Below, piece by piece: positions 1 to 9,382 of a DNA stretch of 64,000 nucleotides (position 1 is the first letter of the stretch; the number at the start of each line of letters is the position of its first letter). The DNA lies in NCBI GenBank assembly GCA_046485135.1, contig JAWOHN010000118.1, forward strand, positions 6,836 through 70,835, in the 5' to 3' direction. Made by a program: the position numbers and the translations under genes. The stretch comes from Anaerolineales bacterium (GTDB taxonomy: Bacteria; Chloroflexota; Anaerolineae; Anaerolineales; UBA4823). The notes under the pieces were generated by a model. It ran no database searches. It saw only the letters and a program-made list of their open reading frames with translations, and was not told the origin of the DNA.

Positions 1-3000
1 AGTTCCAATTCAGATGAGGCACGGGCCTGTTCAAAAGCTCTCTGAATAAGATGCCAATCCCTGTAGCGATTGACTATACTAATACAAGCCTGGCGAGAAT
101 CAGAGGCGCATGTGATAAATGCCGCTTGCATTGTGCTGTGAGGTTCCAAAGTTAAACCATAGCGGATTGCCATAACAGGATCGAGGGTAGCCCCAATGGT
201 CTTGGATAGGCCGGCTTCCCGCGCGCTGGTTGGTTGCAGAGCCTGGGGAGAGCGAACAGTCCGGCCACGCCCAAGAAAGCGAGCTCGATCTGTTTCATAG
301 GACAGTCTTTCACTCTCCAAAGGATCATGCCGGTCCAATACAATGGAGTGGGCTAAATAGTGTGCTTTTTCCTGGTCTGATCGCGGCCGACGGCGGAAGA
401 GTAGACTCCGCTGGTCAGATAAATATTCACTTTCGATAAAAAGCTTGCTGAAAGCAGGGTGACGCTGGTCATCAACCACAGGCGCAAGGACAATTTCCCC
501 GTAACTGGTCAGGCTGAGATGACGCGGATGATCGTCGTGATTGGTAAGGGTGATTCGGCGGATTTCCAGGTCATCATCTGGAGGGACGGTAATCTCCATA
601 ATGATCGAGAGGTCTTGATCCCGGCTGCGGAATTCCACCTGGTGAGGGAAGAAAAGCACCTCCTGGCTGTCTCCTGCTGCCCCACTAGGCTGCAAAGCTG
701 GCGACCAGATGGCATCATCGCTGGTATCACTCTCCTCCTTGACATAAATCCAGGTACCCCACCCGTTTAGGCTGGTATCGGTTTGATAGCGAGTTAAGCC
801 AATACCCTGCCAGCTGCTGAATCCAGCCCCAGAACTGGAAATCATCAGGTTATAGCGACCATTCGAGAGATAGTGAACTCGCGGCTGAGGCGGCTCTGGC
901 AATACCCTCCAAGGCGCCAGGTTGAGAGATGCTTCTTCAGGAGGCAGAGCACGCCCATCCTGTGCATGGGGTTGCTCAAACGGAGCAAACTTGGGTACCT
1001 GCTCCTGTAATAAGAGCTCAACACTTCGAATATGCGGATCTGCATGAAAGCGTTCGACCATGATATTTTTCTTGAAATAATTCACCAGCGACAACAGGAT
1101 CATGCCTTGGTGGTGAGCCATATAGGAACGCACAATCTGACCGTCCTCCCCTACTCCAATGCGAGCAGGAGTGAAATCGACCGCTTCAAAAAGCCCGTAG
1201 GTCCCCATCATCCCAAGTTTTTTGAACTCTTGCAGGTTTTTTATCACCTGCCGTGGTCGCAGGGGTAAAGCTAACAACGAGGCGTAAGGCGTGATGACCA
1301 GGTCATCCACCAACCCTCTCTTAAAGCCCAGACCCGGTACGCCGAAAGCCCGGTATTGGTACACCATGTTGTCGTCGAAATGATAATAGGACGACTCCGA
1401 GATTCCCCAAGGGACACGTTTACGCTCTCCATAGCGGATTTGGTGGTCTACGGCTGCCCTGGAACTTTCGTACAATAGCGTTCCCTCATAATTTCGCAAC
1501 AACAAATCAGGCATCAAATATTCAAACATGGTCGCGCTCCAGGAAAGCAAAACGCGAGCGCCATCCACTTGGGTGAAAGGACGGTTTAGGTGAAGCCAAT
1601 GGCTCTGGGGGATATGCCCTCGGGCGATTGCAATCAGACTGGCAATACGCGCCTCAGAAGCCAACAGATCGTAATAGTTAGCGTCCAGCCTGCCCAACTC
1701 AAGGTTATAGCCAATATGGAATATCTGCCGGTCGTGGTTAAAAAGAAAGCTAAAATCCATTTCCTGGACCATCTGCTCGCATTGCTGATGCAGATCTTGA
1801 AAACCAATCCAAAGCGCTTTGGATGCCATACCAGCTGATTCGAGATGCTCCTGCAACCAGGTACACCATTTCTGCGCTTCATTAACCAACCCAGCCGAAT
1901 CCTGAGTCTTTCCCAACAGCTCTTGCAGTAGGTCTAAATAAAGTTGACCTTCCTTAACCGCTTCACTGACATCTTTGAGGGTTACGTTTAAGGGTAGAGC
2001 TTGCTTTAATGCCTCCCATTTATCCAGGAGATGCTGATCAACCTGATCAGCCTCAAATAACGCCGGCGGATCGCTAAAAGAAACCACCCAAGGCACTAGC
2101 ATTTCGATCTTCCTCCTGAAACTTTCCAGGTGAAATCGAACTCGCCCCGAATAGATGCGCAGCCTGGATAGGTTTTCCGCCCCAATAAGATAGGCCGCAT
2201 CTTCCACAAAATTCATTACCCGCTGGTCTAAGAATTCAAGGCTGTGTAAAGGAACGCTCGCCGGTTTTCCATCCCAGGAAATCCCTGATAACATCAGCAA
2301 ATAGCGCGCCCACTCCTGTGGTTTCCCCTGGAGTGTTACAATCTGTTCGTGAATCTGTGAAAGGAGTTCTTGAAGGGGCGCGGCAGCCTGAATGGCATCT
2401 TTCTCCTCCAACCCCTCCACCAACTCAACCATCAAGTCAAGCGTATCCAGAAAGCCATGGCAAGAGGCTTGCCGCAGGATGGGCTGGTCACCGATCTCCA
2501 AACAGCCCTGCCCAAGGGCGACCAGAGAGCCAGCCAGATTACCACTATCGACTGTCGATACATAACGCGGGCTTAGCGGCTCGAGTGAGCGCGTATCGTA
2601 CCAATTCAAGAGGTGGCCGCGGTGCTTTTCCAGCCGGGTGATATTTTCAAAGGCAGCCTTCAGCCTGGCAGCCAGCTCTAAGATACCAGTGAAACCAAAA
2701 TCGTAAGCTGCCAGCGTTGAAAGCAGCGATAAACCGATATTCGTCGGAGACGTACGGTGGGCGATCATGCCTCGGGGCGATTCTTGGAAATGGTCTGGCG
2801 GCAACCAGTGATCCTCAGGACCAACATACTGCTCAAAATATAACCACGTACGTCGCGCCAGGGCTCGCAGCAGGCTTTGCTGGTCATCTTGCAGCTGCGC
2901 AGTTTCCCATTGGATCGGATGGCTGATAATATATGCAATGCGAGGCGAAAAAAACCACATCAACAACAAGAGTAATGCCAGCAGGATGAGCGGCGGGGAG

Positions 3001-5810
3001 ACGAGTATCACATAAACCCCTGTGCTGACTGCCAGGACTAAGGAGATAAACATCCTGGTCCAAATCCCGGAAAAGCCACGGGTAATTTTGAATTGGGTGG
3101 CAACCCTTGCAGCAGTGGTCCATTGGAGAAGATTTTTACGGGTGACATACAAGCGCATGATGGTCAAGATGATTGCATCCATTGCAATATATGCCTCATA
3201 CGGAAGAAAAGTCAATGCCAATAGCCAGCGCAACAGATCATCTCGGATCGGGCGCGTTTGGACGGAAAGCGATTGAGATCTCTTTTGACTGCTCAGCCCA
3301 GAAATTACCGCGCTTAAGATACTTGTCAAAAACGGGATCGCCAACGAAAATATTCCAGCCAAAGTCCACAACAAGGGAGAACCTGGAAACCAAATCCAGC
3401 CGCCCAGGAAGAAGAGCAGAAGTGTTGGTGGAACCAGGCTGCGGCGTAAATTGTCGAAGATTTTCCAGCGATCAATTGTCGATAGACGCCTGGGGAATTT
3501 AGCAGGGGCACGCGGCAACAGCCAGGGCAATAGTTGCCAATCCCCTCGAATCCAGCGGTGAGCCCGGCTCATATGCACCAGGTAATTGTGCGGATATTCC
3601 TCAATCAGGCTGACATCGGTAATCAAGCCAACCCGTCCATGGATGCCTTCGAATAAATCATGACTCAATAGAGTGTTCTCTGGCACAACTCCTGCTAAGC
3701 TACGCTCAAAATTCTCCACGTCGTAAATGCCTTTACCGATATAAATCCCTTCTCCAATTAAATCCTGATAGACATCCGACACAGCTAGGGTATACAGATC
3801 CAGCCCCACATCGCCAGAATAAACACGCGTGAACAAGGATTTATTAGCGCTGGTCGGATTGATCTCAATGCGTGGTTGTAAAATCGTGTAACCAGCGTGC
3901 ACCATTCCGGTCTGTGGATCAAATTCAGCCCGGTTGAGAGGGTGCGCTAAAGCAGCCACCAAGCGACGGGCGCTCTGCCCCGGTAAGATGGTATCTGTAT
4001 CCAGGGTAATCACATAACGGATACTTGACAATAAATCCAGGTTACCCACTTGATGTGTAAATGTATTTTCTCCCGACCCCATAATCAGGCAATTCAATTC
4101 ATGCAGTTTGCCACGCTTACGCTCCCATCCCATCCACACCCCCTCCTGTGAATTCCATTTCCGGCTACGGTGGAGCAATAAAAAAGGGCCATTGTCTTCT
4201 CGGCCATATTTTCGATTGAGTTGGAGAATACCCTCACTGACATAATCATCAATCTCCTGATCCCCATCCACATGCTCTTGTTGCGCGTCTGCCAGATCAG
4301 TCAGCAGGGCAAAGGACAGGCTGGGATCAGGATTTCGCAAATAATGCAGCTCAAGCTGCTGAACAAGGGAATCAACTTCTGCAATGTCGGTTATTATGGT
4401 AGGGACCACCACCAAGGTTGGGCAGCTGGCCGGAATACCCTCCTCAAAATCCAGCTTTGGCAAAACACGCGGCCCAATCGTGTTAGTGATCACCCAGTTG
4501 ATCAAACTGACAGAAGCAGTTGAGGTGAGTAGCAGGGATAACAGCCATATCATCACCGCCTGAACGGCATTTCCACCAGCTCCCAGCGCGTATACAAAAA
4601 AAAGGGAGCTAAGAGATAAGGACAACAAAGTAATACTGCCAATGTATACCAGCGATGGATGGTCCAAGACCCACCGGCGCACTTGTTCTGACAGAGGCGG
4701 CGAATACCCAATGCGCTGTTCCAATTGAGGGCGGCCTTCGTCTATCAGGAAATATCCAACGTGGCAGCGGCGCGGCAGCGCTAGACCAGACCACACCTCT
4801 GGCTCTGTTGATCTGTCATCTCTCTCCTCCACAGCATCCTGATCTGGTTGATCCAGCGGATATGCAGCAATACGCTCAAGATCTAAGCGGGCATATTCGG
4901 CATTTGTCAAAGCAATCGCTTGCTTGGCGACCTCTTGTTCACCTTTACCGGATACCCGCGCCAGATCGCCAATGGCTTTTCGGTAACGATCGCGAGTACC
5001 AGATTCCATATTCAAATAGATCTTGGCTGGATCTTTGCCAAGTGTGCGTTCTACCAGGCTAATGGCCTCGAAGAAATCCTTCCAATCAAATGTGGCCAGA
5101 GTACGCAGGCCGATGATAGCGTTGGCCACCATATCATCGTTGGCCAAACCAGTGGGTCCTTCCATTTGAAAAAAAGATCGATCCTGCTGCATGATCTCCA
5201 GGCGGTCTTGCAGACCGGTCAACTGGGCAACCGCATAAACCAATGCCTGTACCATCACCAATCGCAGGATACTTGATAAAGCCCACAGTTCCCCCATGGT
5301 CAAATCTGACTTTGATTGGAAAGTCTCGATGAAGAACTCCAACCTCTCAATATCCAATTGATATTGCTCAAGGGAGAGAAACTCACATGCTACGGCACAG
5401 ATGCGAGGATAGCTCGAATAGGCGCCTTGGCTAACTTTTGGAAGCTCATGGTAGAAGCCAGCCGGCAGATTTTCCCTGATCTCTCGAATGGCTTGCTGGA
5501 CAATATAATAATTATCCAGCATCCATTCGGCCGCATACGAAAGACTAAGGCGCTCCTCAGTAGCTCCTTGAAAATATTGGTAGGCCTCCAGGAGTAGCGT
5601 TTCGTAATCTTTCAGGTAATGCAGGATTGGCAATCCATCCTGGCGTTGTATCCGTCTCCCTGATAACTGACCGGCGGTCAGGTTATCTGCTAGTGACTGG
5701 GCAACTTGCCCCAGTTCACCCTTCTGCTCACTCTCTGCTGTTTGCGCCGCCGATTCAGCGTTGTCTGTGCTCTTCATTTGTCCGAGTTCACCTGAGGATT
5801 GATCTGCCAT
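1..5810 (-). CDS. Giant cyclic beta-1,2-glucan synthase-like protein (N-terminal ~1936 aa; runs off the left edge, so it is absent from the supplied ORF track)
   Basis: Manual minus-strand translation from ATG 5810 is open to position 1. GGAGG lies ~10 nt upstream and the ATG is 4 nt after the USP stop. The product has TM segments, a glycosyltransferase block (PTLVVVPTII...ITLDTDT), Cgs/NdvB-type motifs (NWYDTRSLEPLSPRYVSTVDSGNLAG; DANYYDLLASEARIAS; WSATMFEYLMPDLLL; PWGISESSYY; YQYRAFGVPGLGFKRG) and the start of a GH94-like region (SNGRYNLMISSSGAGFSSWQG). Confidence 0.85.
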   Translation of the reverse strand, partial: MADQSSGELGQMKSTDNAESAAQTAESEQKGELGQVAQSLADNLTAGQLSGRRIQRQDGLPILHYLKDYETLLLEAYQYFQGATEERLSLSYAAEWMLDNYYIVQQAIREIRENLPAGFYHELPKVSQGAYSSYPRICAVACEFLSLEQYQLDIERLEFFIETFQSKSDLTMGELWALSSILRLVMVQALVYAVAQLTGLQDRLEIMQQDRSFFQMEGPTGLANDDMVANAIIGLRTLATFDWKDFFEAISLVERTLGKDPAKIYLNMESGTRDRYRKAIGDLARVSGKGEQEVAKQAIALTNAEYARLDLERIAAYPLDQPDQDAVEERDDRSTEPEVWSGLALPRRCHVGYFLIDEGRPQLEQRIGYSPPLSEQVRRWVLDHPSLVYIGSITLLSLSLSSLFFVYALGAGGNAVQAVMIWLLSLLLTSTASVSLINWVITNTIGPRVLPKLDFEEGIPASCPTLVVVPTIITDIAEVDSLVQQLELHYLRNPDPSLSFALLTDLADAQQEHVDGDQEIDDYVSEGILQLNRKYGREDNGPFLLLHRSRKWNSQEGVWMGWERKRGKLHELNCLIMGSGENTFTHQVGNLDLLSSIRYVITLDTDTILPGQSARRLVAALAHPLNRAEFDPQTGMVHAGYTILQPRIEINPTSANKSLFTRVYSGDVGLDLYTLAVSDVYQDLIGEGIYIGKGIYDVENFERSLAGVVPENTLLSHDLFEGIHGRVGLITDVSLIEEYPHNYLVHMSRAHRWIRGDWQLLPWLLPRAPAKFPRRLSTIDRWKIFDNLRRSLVPPTLLLFFLGGWIWFPGSPLLWTLAGIFSLAIPFLTSILSAVISGLSSQKRSQSLSVQTRPIRDDLLRWLLALTFLPYEAYIAMDAIILTIMRLYVTRKNLLQWTTAARVATQFKITRGFSGIWTRMFISLVLAVSTGVYVILVSPPLILLALLLLLMWFFSPRIAYIISHPIQWETAQLQDDQQSLLRALARRTWLYFEQYVGPEDHWLPPDHFQESPRGMIAHRTSPTNIGLSLLSTLAAYDFGFTGILELAARLKAAFENITRLEKHRGHLLNWYDTRSLEPLSPRYVSTVDSGNLAGSLVALGQGCLEIGDQPILRQASCHGFLDTLDLMVELVEGLEEKDAIQAAAPLQELLSQIHEQIVTLQGKPQEWARYLLMLSGISWDGKPASVPLHSLEFLDQRVMNFVEDAAYLIGAENLSRLRIYSGRVRFHLESFRRKIEMLVPWVVSFSDPPALFEADQVDQHLLDKWEALKQALPLNVTLKDVSEAVKEGQLYLDLLQELLGKTQDSAGLVNEAQKWCTWLQEHLESAGMASKALWIGFQDLHQQCEQMVQEMDFSFLFNHDRQIFHIGYNLELGRLDANYYDLLASEARIASLIAIARGHIPQSHWLHLNRPFTQVDGARVLLSWSATMFEYLMPDLLLRNYEGTLLYESSRAAVDHQIRYGERKRVPWGISESSYYHFDDNMVYQYRAFGVPGLGFKRGLVDDLVITPYASLLALPLRPRQVIKNLQEFKKLGMMGTYGLFEAVDFTPARIGVGEDGQIVRSYMAHHQGMILLSLVNYFKKNIMVERFHADPHIRSVELLLQEQVPKFAPFEQPHAQDGRALPPEEASLNLAPWRVLPEPPQPRVHYLSNGRYNLMISSSGAGFSSWQGIGLTRYQTDTSLNGWGTWIYVKEESDTSDDAIWSPALQPSGAAGDSQEVLFFPHQVEFRSRDQDLSIIMEITVPPDDDLEIRRITLTNHDDHPRHLSLTSYGEIVLAPVVDDQRHPAFSKLFIESEYLSDQRSLLFRRRPRSDQEKAHYLAHSIVLDRHDPLESERLSYETDRARFLGRGRTVRSPQALQPTSAREAGLSKTIGATLDPVMAIRYGLTLEPHSTMQAAFITCASDSRQACISIVNRYRDWHLIQRAFEQARASSELE

Positions 5811-5813
5811 TCT

Positions 5814-6770
5814 CTAGCGCCCTCCACGCTCTTTCGCAGCCAACTCTGCCTGGGTGAGTAAAATCCTATCTTTGCGGAGATCTTGAAATATCAATAAGGG
5901 AGTCGTGCCGTAAGCAATAAAACTAACTACGGTACTACCATAAGGCCTGCGCGTATCACCAGTAAATCCATGCGCGGTCATATAAACGATATCGATTTGT
6001 TCTTTCTCAATGAGCTCGTGCAAAGCTGAGGTGACGCTTGGGTCAATCAACAAGCGCGTCTCTATATTGATGTCCAGACGAGATTTAAGTTCAGCCAGGT
6101 ACTTTTCTGCCTCTGCCCGGTTACGTTCCGTGATGCGCTCAATTAACTCGATATCTTCTACTGGAAGAGGAGTACGGCGAGGCATCTCAGGCCGCCGGAC
6201 GACGTGCGTTAACAGAACCTGCGTATCTTGAGAGCGCGCCATAGCTGTCGCATGAGGCAAGACGCTTTCAGCCCGTTGCGAACCATCCAATGGAACCAAA
6301 ATCCGGTAATAGCGTATGTCATCCAAAGGAGTCGATTGAGGTACGTATGCACGGACAATCATCATGGATATTCTTGCCCGTAAGATCACTTTTTGAACAA
6401 CGCTGCTGACATTCCAACCGGTTAGCCCGCTCTGCCCATGACTGCTCAACACAATCAAGGAAATGTCATTCAATTGGACGTATTCAACAATGCGTTCTGC
6501 AGCATTGCCTTCTAAGATCTCAATCTGTACCTGTAAACCGGACTCAACCAGGCGCGTGGCCACCTGCTCGAGGTAGGTCCAGGCCTCTACTTTGCGGATT
6601 TGCCAATCCAGAGGATCAACTGATTCAGAATCATCACATCCTTCGTACTGGTCTAATACTCGTACCAGGATAACCTGCGAGTCATTCAGCTGAGCCAGTG
6701 CTTTCACATGGGGCAGAACAGACTCAGCCAAAGATGAACCATCTAATGGGACCAGGATAGGACTGAACAT
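5814..6770 (-). CDS. Tandem universal stress protein (two UspA domains)
   Basis: 318-aa ORF with two Usp repeats (ILVPLDGS...SSHGQSGLTGWNVSSVVQKV and ...TAHGFTGDTRRPYGSTVVSF). AAGGAG sits 7 nt upstream of ATG 6770. Confidence 0.85.
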   Translation of the reverse strand: MFSPILVPLDGSSLAESVLPHVKALAQLNDSQVILVRVLDQYEGCDDSESVDPLDWQIRKVEAWTYLEQVATRLVESGLQVQIEILEGNAAERIVEYVQLNDISLIVLSSHGQSGLTGWNVSSVVQKVILRARISMMIVRAYVPQSTPLDDIRYYRILVPLDGSQRAESVLPHATAMARSQDTQVLLTHVVRRPEMPRRTPLPVEDIELIERITERNRAEAEKYLAELKSRLDINIETRLLIDPSVTSALHELIEKEQIDIVYMTAHGFTGDTRRPYGSTVVSFIAYGTTPLLIFQDLRKDRILLTQAELAAKERGGR

Positions 6771-7228
6771 AAATCGACTCCTTTTTAATCAAGATTTAGG
6801 CAGCCTCAACAAAAGAATGATTTGCTTACCGCCCGGTCATATTCAGGTAATATTTTGCAGGTTTATCCTTACTGAATGCAAGGGCAAACCGCAGTCCCCG
6901 CATTTGAAACGCCCCCACAGGTCCGCAGACCTGGAACCATGGAGATTAACACCAGTCAATTGAGAGTATATCCTACCACTAGATGATCGTCAAATAACCG
7001 ATCCAGCCGCACAGCCACCAACCAAACTTTTTACCACGAAAATATGGTTGAAATTTTGGAAGTTTCGTGCAGTGGAGCCGTTCAAAACTACCAAAAATTC
7101 TTCTTATCCCGAATTCACGTTAATTTACACTTGAGTATTGCTCCTTTTTGTGAATATCTTTGTTAAATTGCTATTCTTCTTGCACAACCTTCGACGTAAC
7201 CAGGGTATAATCATCTGCGGGGACTATT

Positions 7229-7984
7229 ATGCAGTCATTGATTACGAAAGCCAAGAAGGATCTTCCAGCAAGCTGGCTGCTGGTTTCTGATGTAGATGAT
7301 ACTTTGCTTGGAGACAATATTGCTTTAAACACCTTTGCTCAACGGCTTCAAGCAAAGCGTGAGGCAATTATCTTTGCATTGAACTCCAGCCGGCCTTGTG
7401 CCAGTTTGCGCAGATCCATCCACGAAAACCCACTTATCCCTGCACCGGATTTCTTGATCGGGGCATTAGGGACAGAGATCGAATCGGGTGGCACAGGACT
7501 ATCCATCCAAGAATACACGGCTACCTTAAACTCAGAATGGGATCGAGATCAAATTGCTGCCTTGATGACGGAACTCGGTTTGGAAGCCCATCCCGACGAA
7601 TTTCAAACCCCATTCAAGGCTAGCTACACGGTCAAAGGAAACAAGCAGTACCAACAGGTTTTCCAACATTTGTCTCGGCAAAATTTTAATGTAAAGGTCA
7701 TATTTTCTGGGAACACCAATTTGGATATCATTCCCTACCGGGCTGGCAAAGGATCGGCGATTGAGTTTCTGCGCACAACCATGGGGATTGACCAAGACAA
7801 GGTGGTTACGGCTGGGGATTCTGCCAATGATCTGGATATGTTCGTTCCTCCCAACAAAGCCATTATTGTAGCAAATGCGGAAAAAGCTCTCAGAGCTTTG
7901 GCGGGAGAGCATATCTTCCAGGCGAAATCGGAATACGCAGCCGGTTTACTAGAGGGGTTACATTATTGGGGAGTCCTCCCCTGA
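7229..7984 (+). CDS. Sucrose-phosphate phosphatase-like HAD-IIB hydrolase (catalytic motifs intact)
   Basis: 251 aa. Motif I is LLVSDVDDTLLGD (DxDxT) and motif IV is GDSANDLDMF. It is the first gene of a same-strand cluster with an SPS-like GT4. Confidence 0.7.
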   Translation: MQSLITKAKKDLPASWLLVSDVDDTLLGDNIALNTFAQRLQAKREAIIFALNSSRPCASLRRSIHENPLIPAPDFLIGALGTEIESGGTGLSIQEYTATLNSEWDRDQIAALMTELGLEAHPDEFQTPFKASYTVKGNKQYQQVFQHLSRQNFNVKVIFSGNTNLDIIPYRAGKGSAIEFLRTTMGIDQDKVVTAGDSANDLDMFVPPNKAIIVANAEKALRALAGEHIFQAKSEYAAGLLEGLHYWGVLP

Positions 7985-8060
7985 GGAAGAATGGTTATTA
8001 CAGAAGCGTTACCCAAAAAATTAATGTAAACGGGGATTGTAAAGCAGAGGAGTGTTAAGC

Positions 8061-9359
8061 ATGGCGAGAAAGAGACAATTTATCGGCTCGATCCTGATGA
8101 TATCGTTACATGGGTATGTGGGCTCCGAGTCAGAGTTGGGCAAGCCAGATACCGGAGGCCAGGTGGTTTTCGTGCTGGAATTGGCCAAACGCTTCAGCCG
8201 GCTAGGGTACCGGGTAGATATCGTTACCCGACGCTTTGAAAACCAGCCTGAGTTTGATCGAATGAACGAGGGGCTGCAAGTGTGGCGAATCCCCTTTAGT
8301 GGAAAGAATTTCATCCGCAAAGAAGATATGCACGATCACCTCAGCAACTTCATTACCAACTTCCTGGCTGCAGTCCGCCGGCGAGGCTTGAAATATGACG
8401 TTGTTAACTCGCATTATTGGGACGCTGGTTGGGTTGGTCAACGTATTGCTGAAGAACTCAACATTCCGCATATCCATACACCTCACTCCCTGGGCGAATG
8501 GAAACAACAAGAAATGGAACGAGATTCAGACGATGCCAGCAAGGTCTATCGTCTGGAAGAACGAATTCAGAAAGAGTTCCTGATCTACCGTAGCTGCGAT
8601 CACATTATCGCTACTACAAGCGAGCAGCTCGAGCAGTTGCAAACCCAATACGAACTCTCTGAAAAGCATATCAATGTAATCCCACCCGGAGTGGATGAAA
8701 GACGTTTTACTCCTGTCCGCAAGCTGCAGATCACAGAGCTTAAAAACAAATTTTCTATTCAACCCAATACGATTTATGCTGTTGGGCGAATGGCAACCAA
8801 CAAGGGCTACGACCTGTTAATCCGTTCGCTCACATTTGCCATACGCTTAGTGCCGGACGCCCACCTTTTGCTGGCTGCCGGTGGGGAAAATTCCCAGCGC
8901 GACATGAAGAAACTGGACGAGCTAAAACAGTTGGCGCAAGAATTAGATGTTTTTGACAAAATCACCTGGGCGCAATACATTCCGGACGAGGATCTGGTGG
9001 ACTACTATCGCGCCGCAGATGTATTTGCCCTATCTTCCAGGTATGAACCTTTCGGAATGACCGCAATTGAGGCTATGGCTTGCGGCACACCAACGGTTAT
9101 CACCGTACATGGAGGCTTGCATGATCTGATTGATTTCGGAACGCAGGCCTTGTTTGCCGATCCATTTTTTCCAGAGGAGTTTGGCGCTATGTTGGCGTTA
9201 CCATTGCGATACCCCCGTTTGGCAGACGAACTTTCTAACGAGGGCTCACGCTTTGCCCGCCGTACGTTTGGCTGGACCGGGATCGCAAAGAACACCCTGT
9301 CCGTATTTGGACAGTATCAAGCAAAATACGCCGACACTAATCTGGAATCTGAACCGTAA
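8061..9359 (+). CDS. Sucrose-phosphate synthase-like GT4 glycosyltransferase
   Basis: ISLHGYVGSESELGKPDTGGQVVFVLELAK near the N-terminus; EPFGMTAIEAMACGTPTV near the C-terminus. ATG 8061 has GAGGAG 9 nt upstream; the track start GTG 8052 overlaps that SD. Confidence 0.7.
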   Translation: MARKRQFIGSILMISLHGYVGSESELGKPDTGGQVVFVLELAKRFSRLGYRVDIVTRRFENQPEFDRMNEGLQVWRIPFSGKNFIRKEDMHDHLSNFITNFLAAVRRRGLKYDVVNSHYWDAGWVGQRIAEELNIPHIHTPHSLGEWKQQEMERDSDDASKVYRLEERIQKEFLIYRSCDHIIATTSEQLEQLQTQYELSEKHINVIPPGVDERRFTPVRKLQITELKNKFSIQPNTIYAVGRMATNKGYDLLIRSLTFAIRLVPDAHLLLAAGGENSQRDMKKLDELKQLAQELDVFDKITWAQYIPDEDLVDYYRAADVFALSSRYEPFGMTAIEAMACGTPTVITVHGGLHDLIDFGTQALFADPFFPEEFGAMLALPLRYPRLADELSNEGSRFARRTFGWTGIAKNTLSVFGQYQAKYADTNLESEP

Positions 9360-9382
9360 CAAATAAGGATAACTTAACCTTT

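Noticed and set aside
230-5857. About 25 short track ORFs, most on the plus strand (for example 459-770, 2318-2641, 4655-5062, 4920-5276) plus seven on the minus strand, inside the first 5.8 kb.
   Set aside because: All lie inside, mostly antisense to, the continuous 1936-codon minus-strand glucan-synthase frame, which has clear family motifs. Their translations are low-complexity or Arg/Pro/Ser/Trp-rich shadow products.
6771-7228. 458-bp divergent intergenic region with an imperfect hairpin (ATTCAGGTAA...TTACTGAAT), a CAGGTC-CGCA-GACCTG dyad and a TATAAT at 7206-7211.
   Set aside because: The individual elements are weak and no coherent promoter or operator model could be built by eye. The TATAAT lacks a matching -35.
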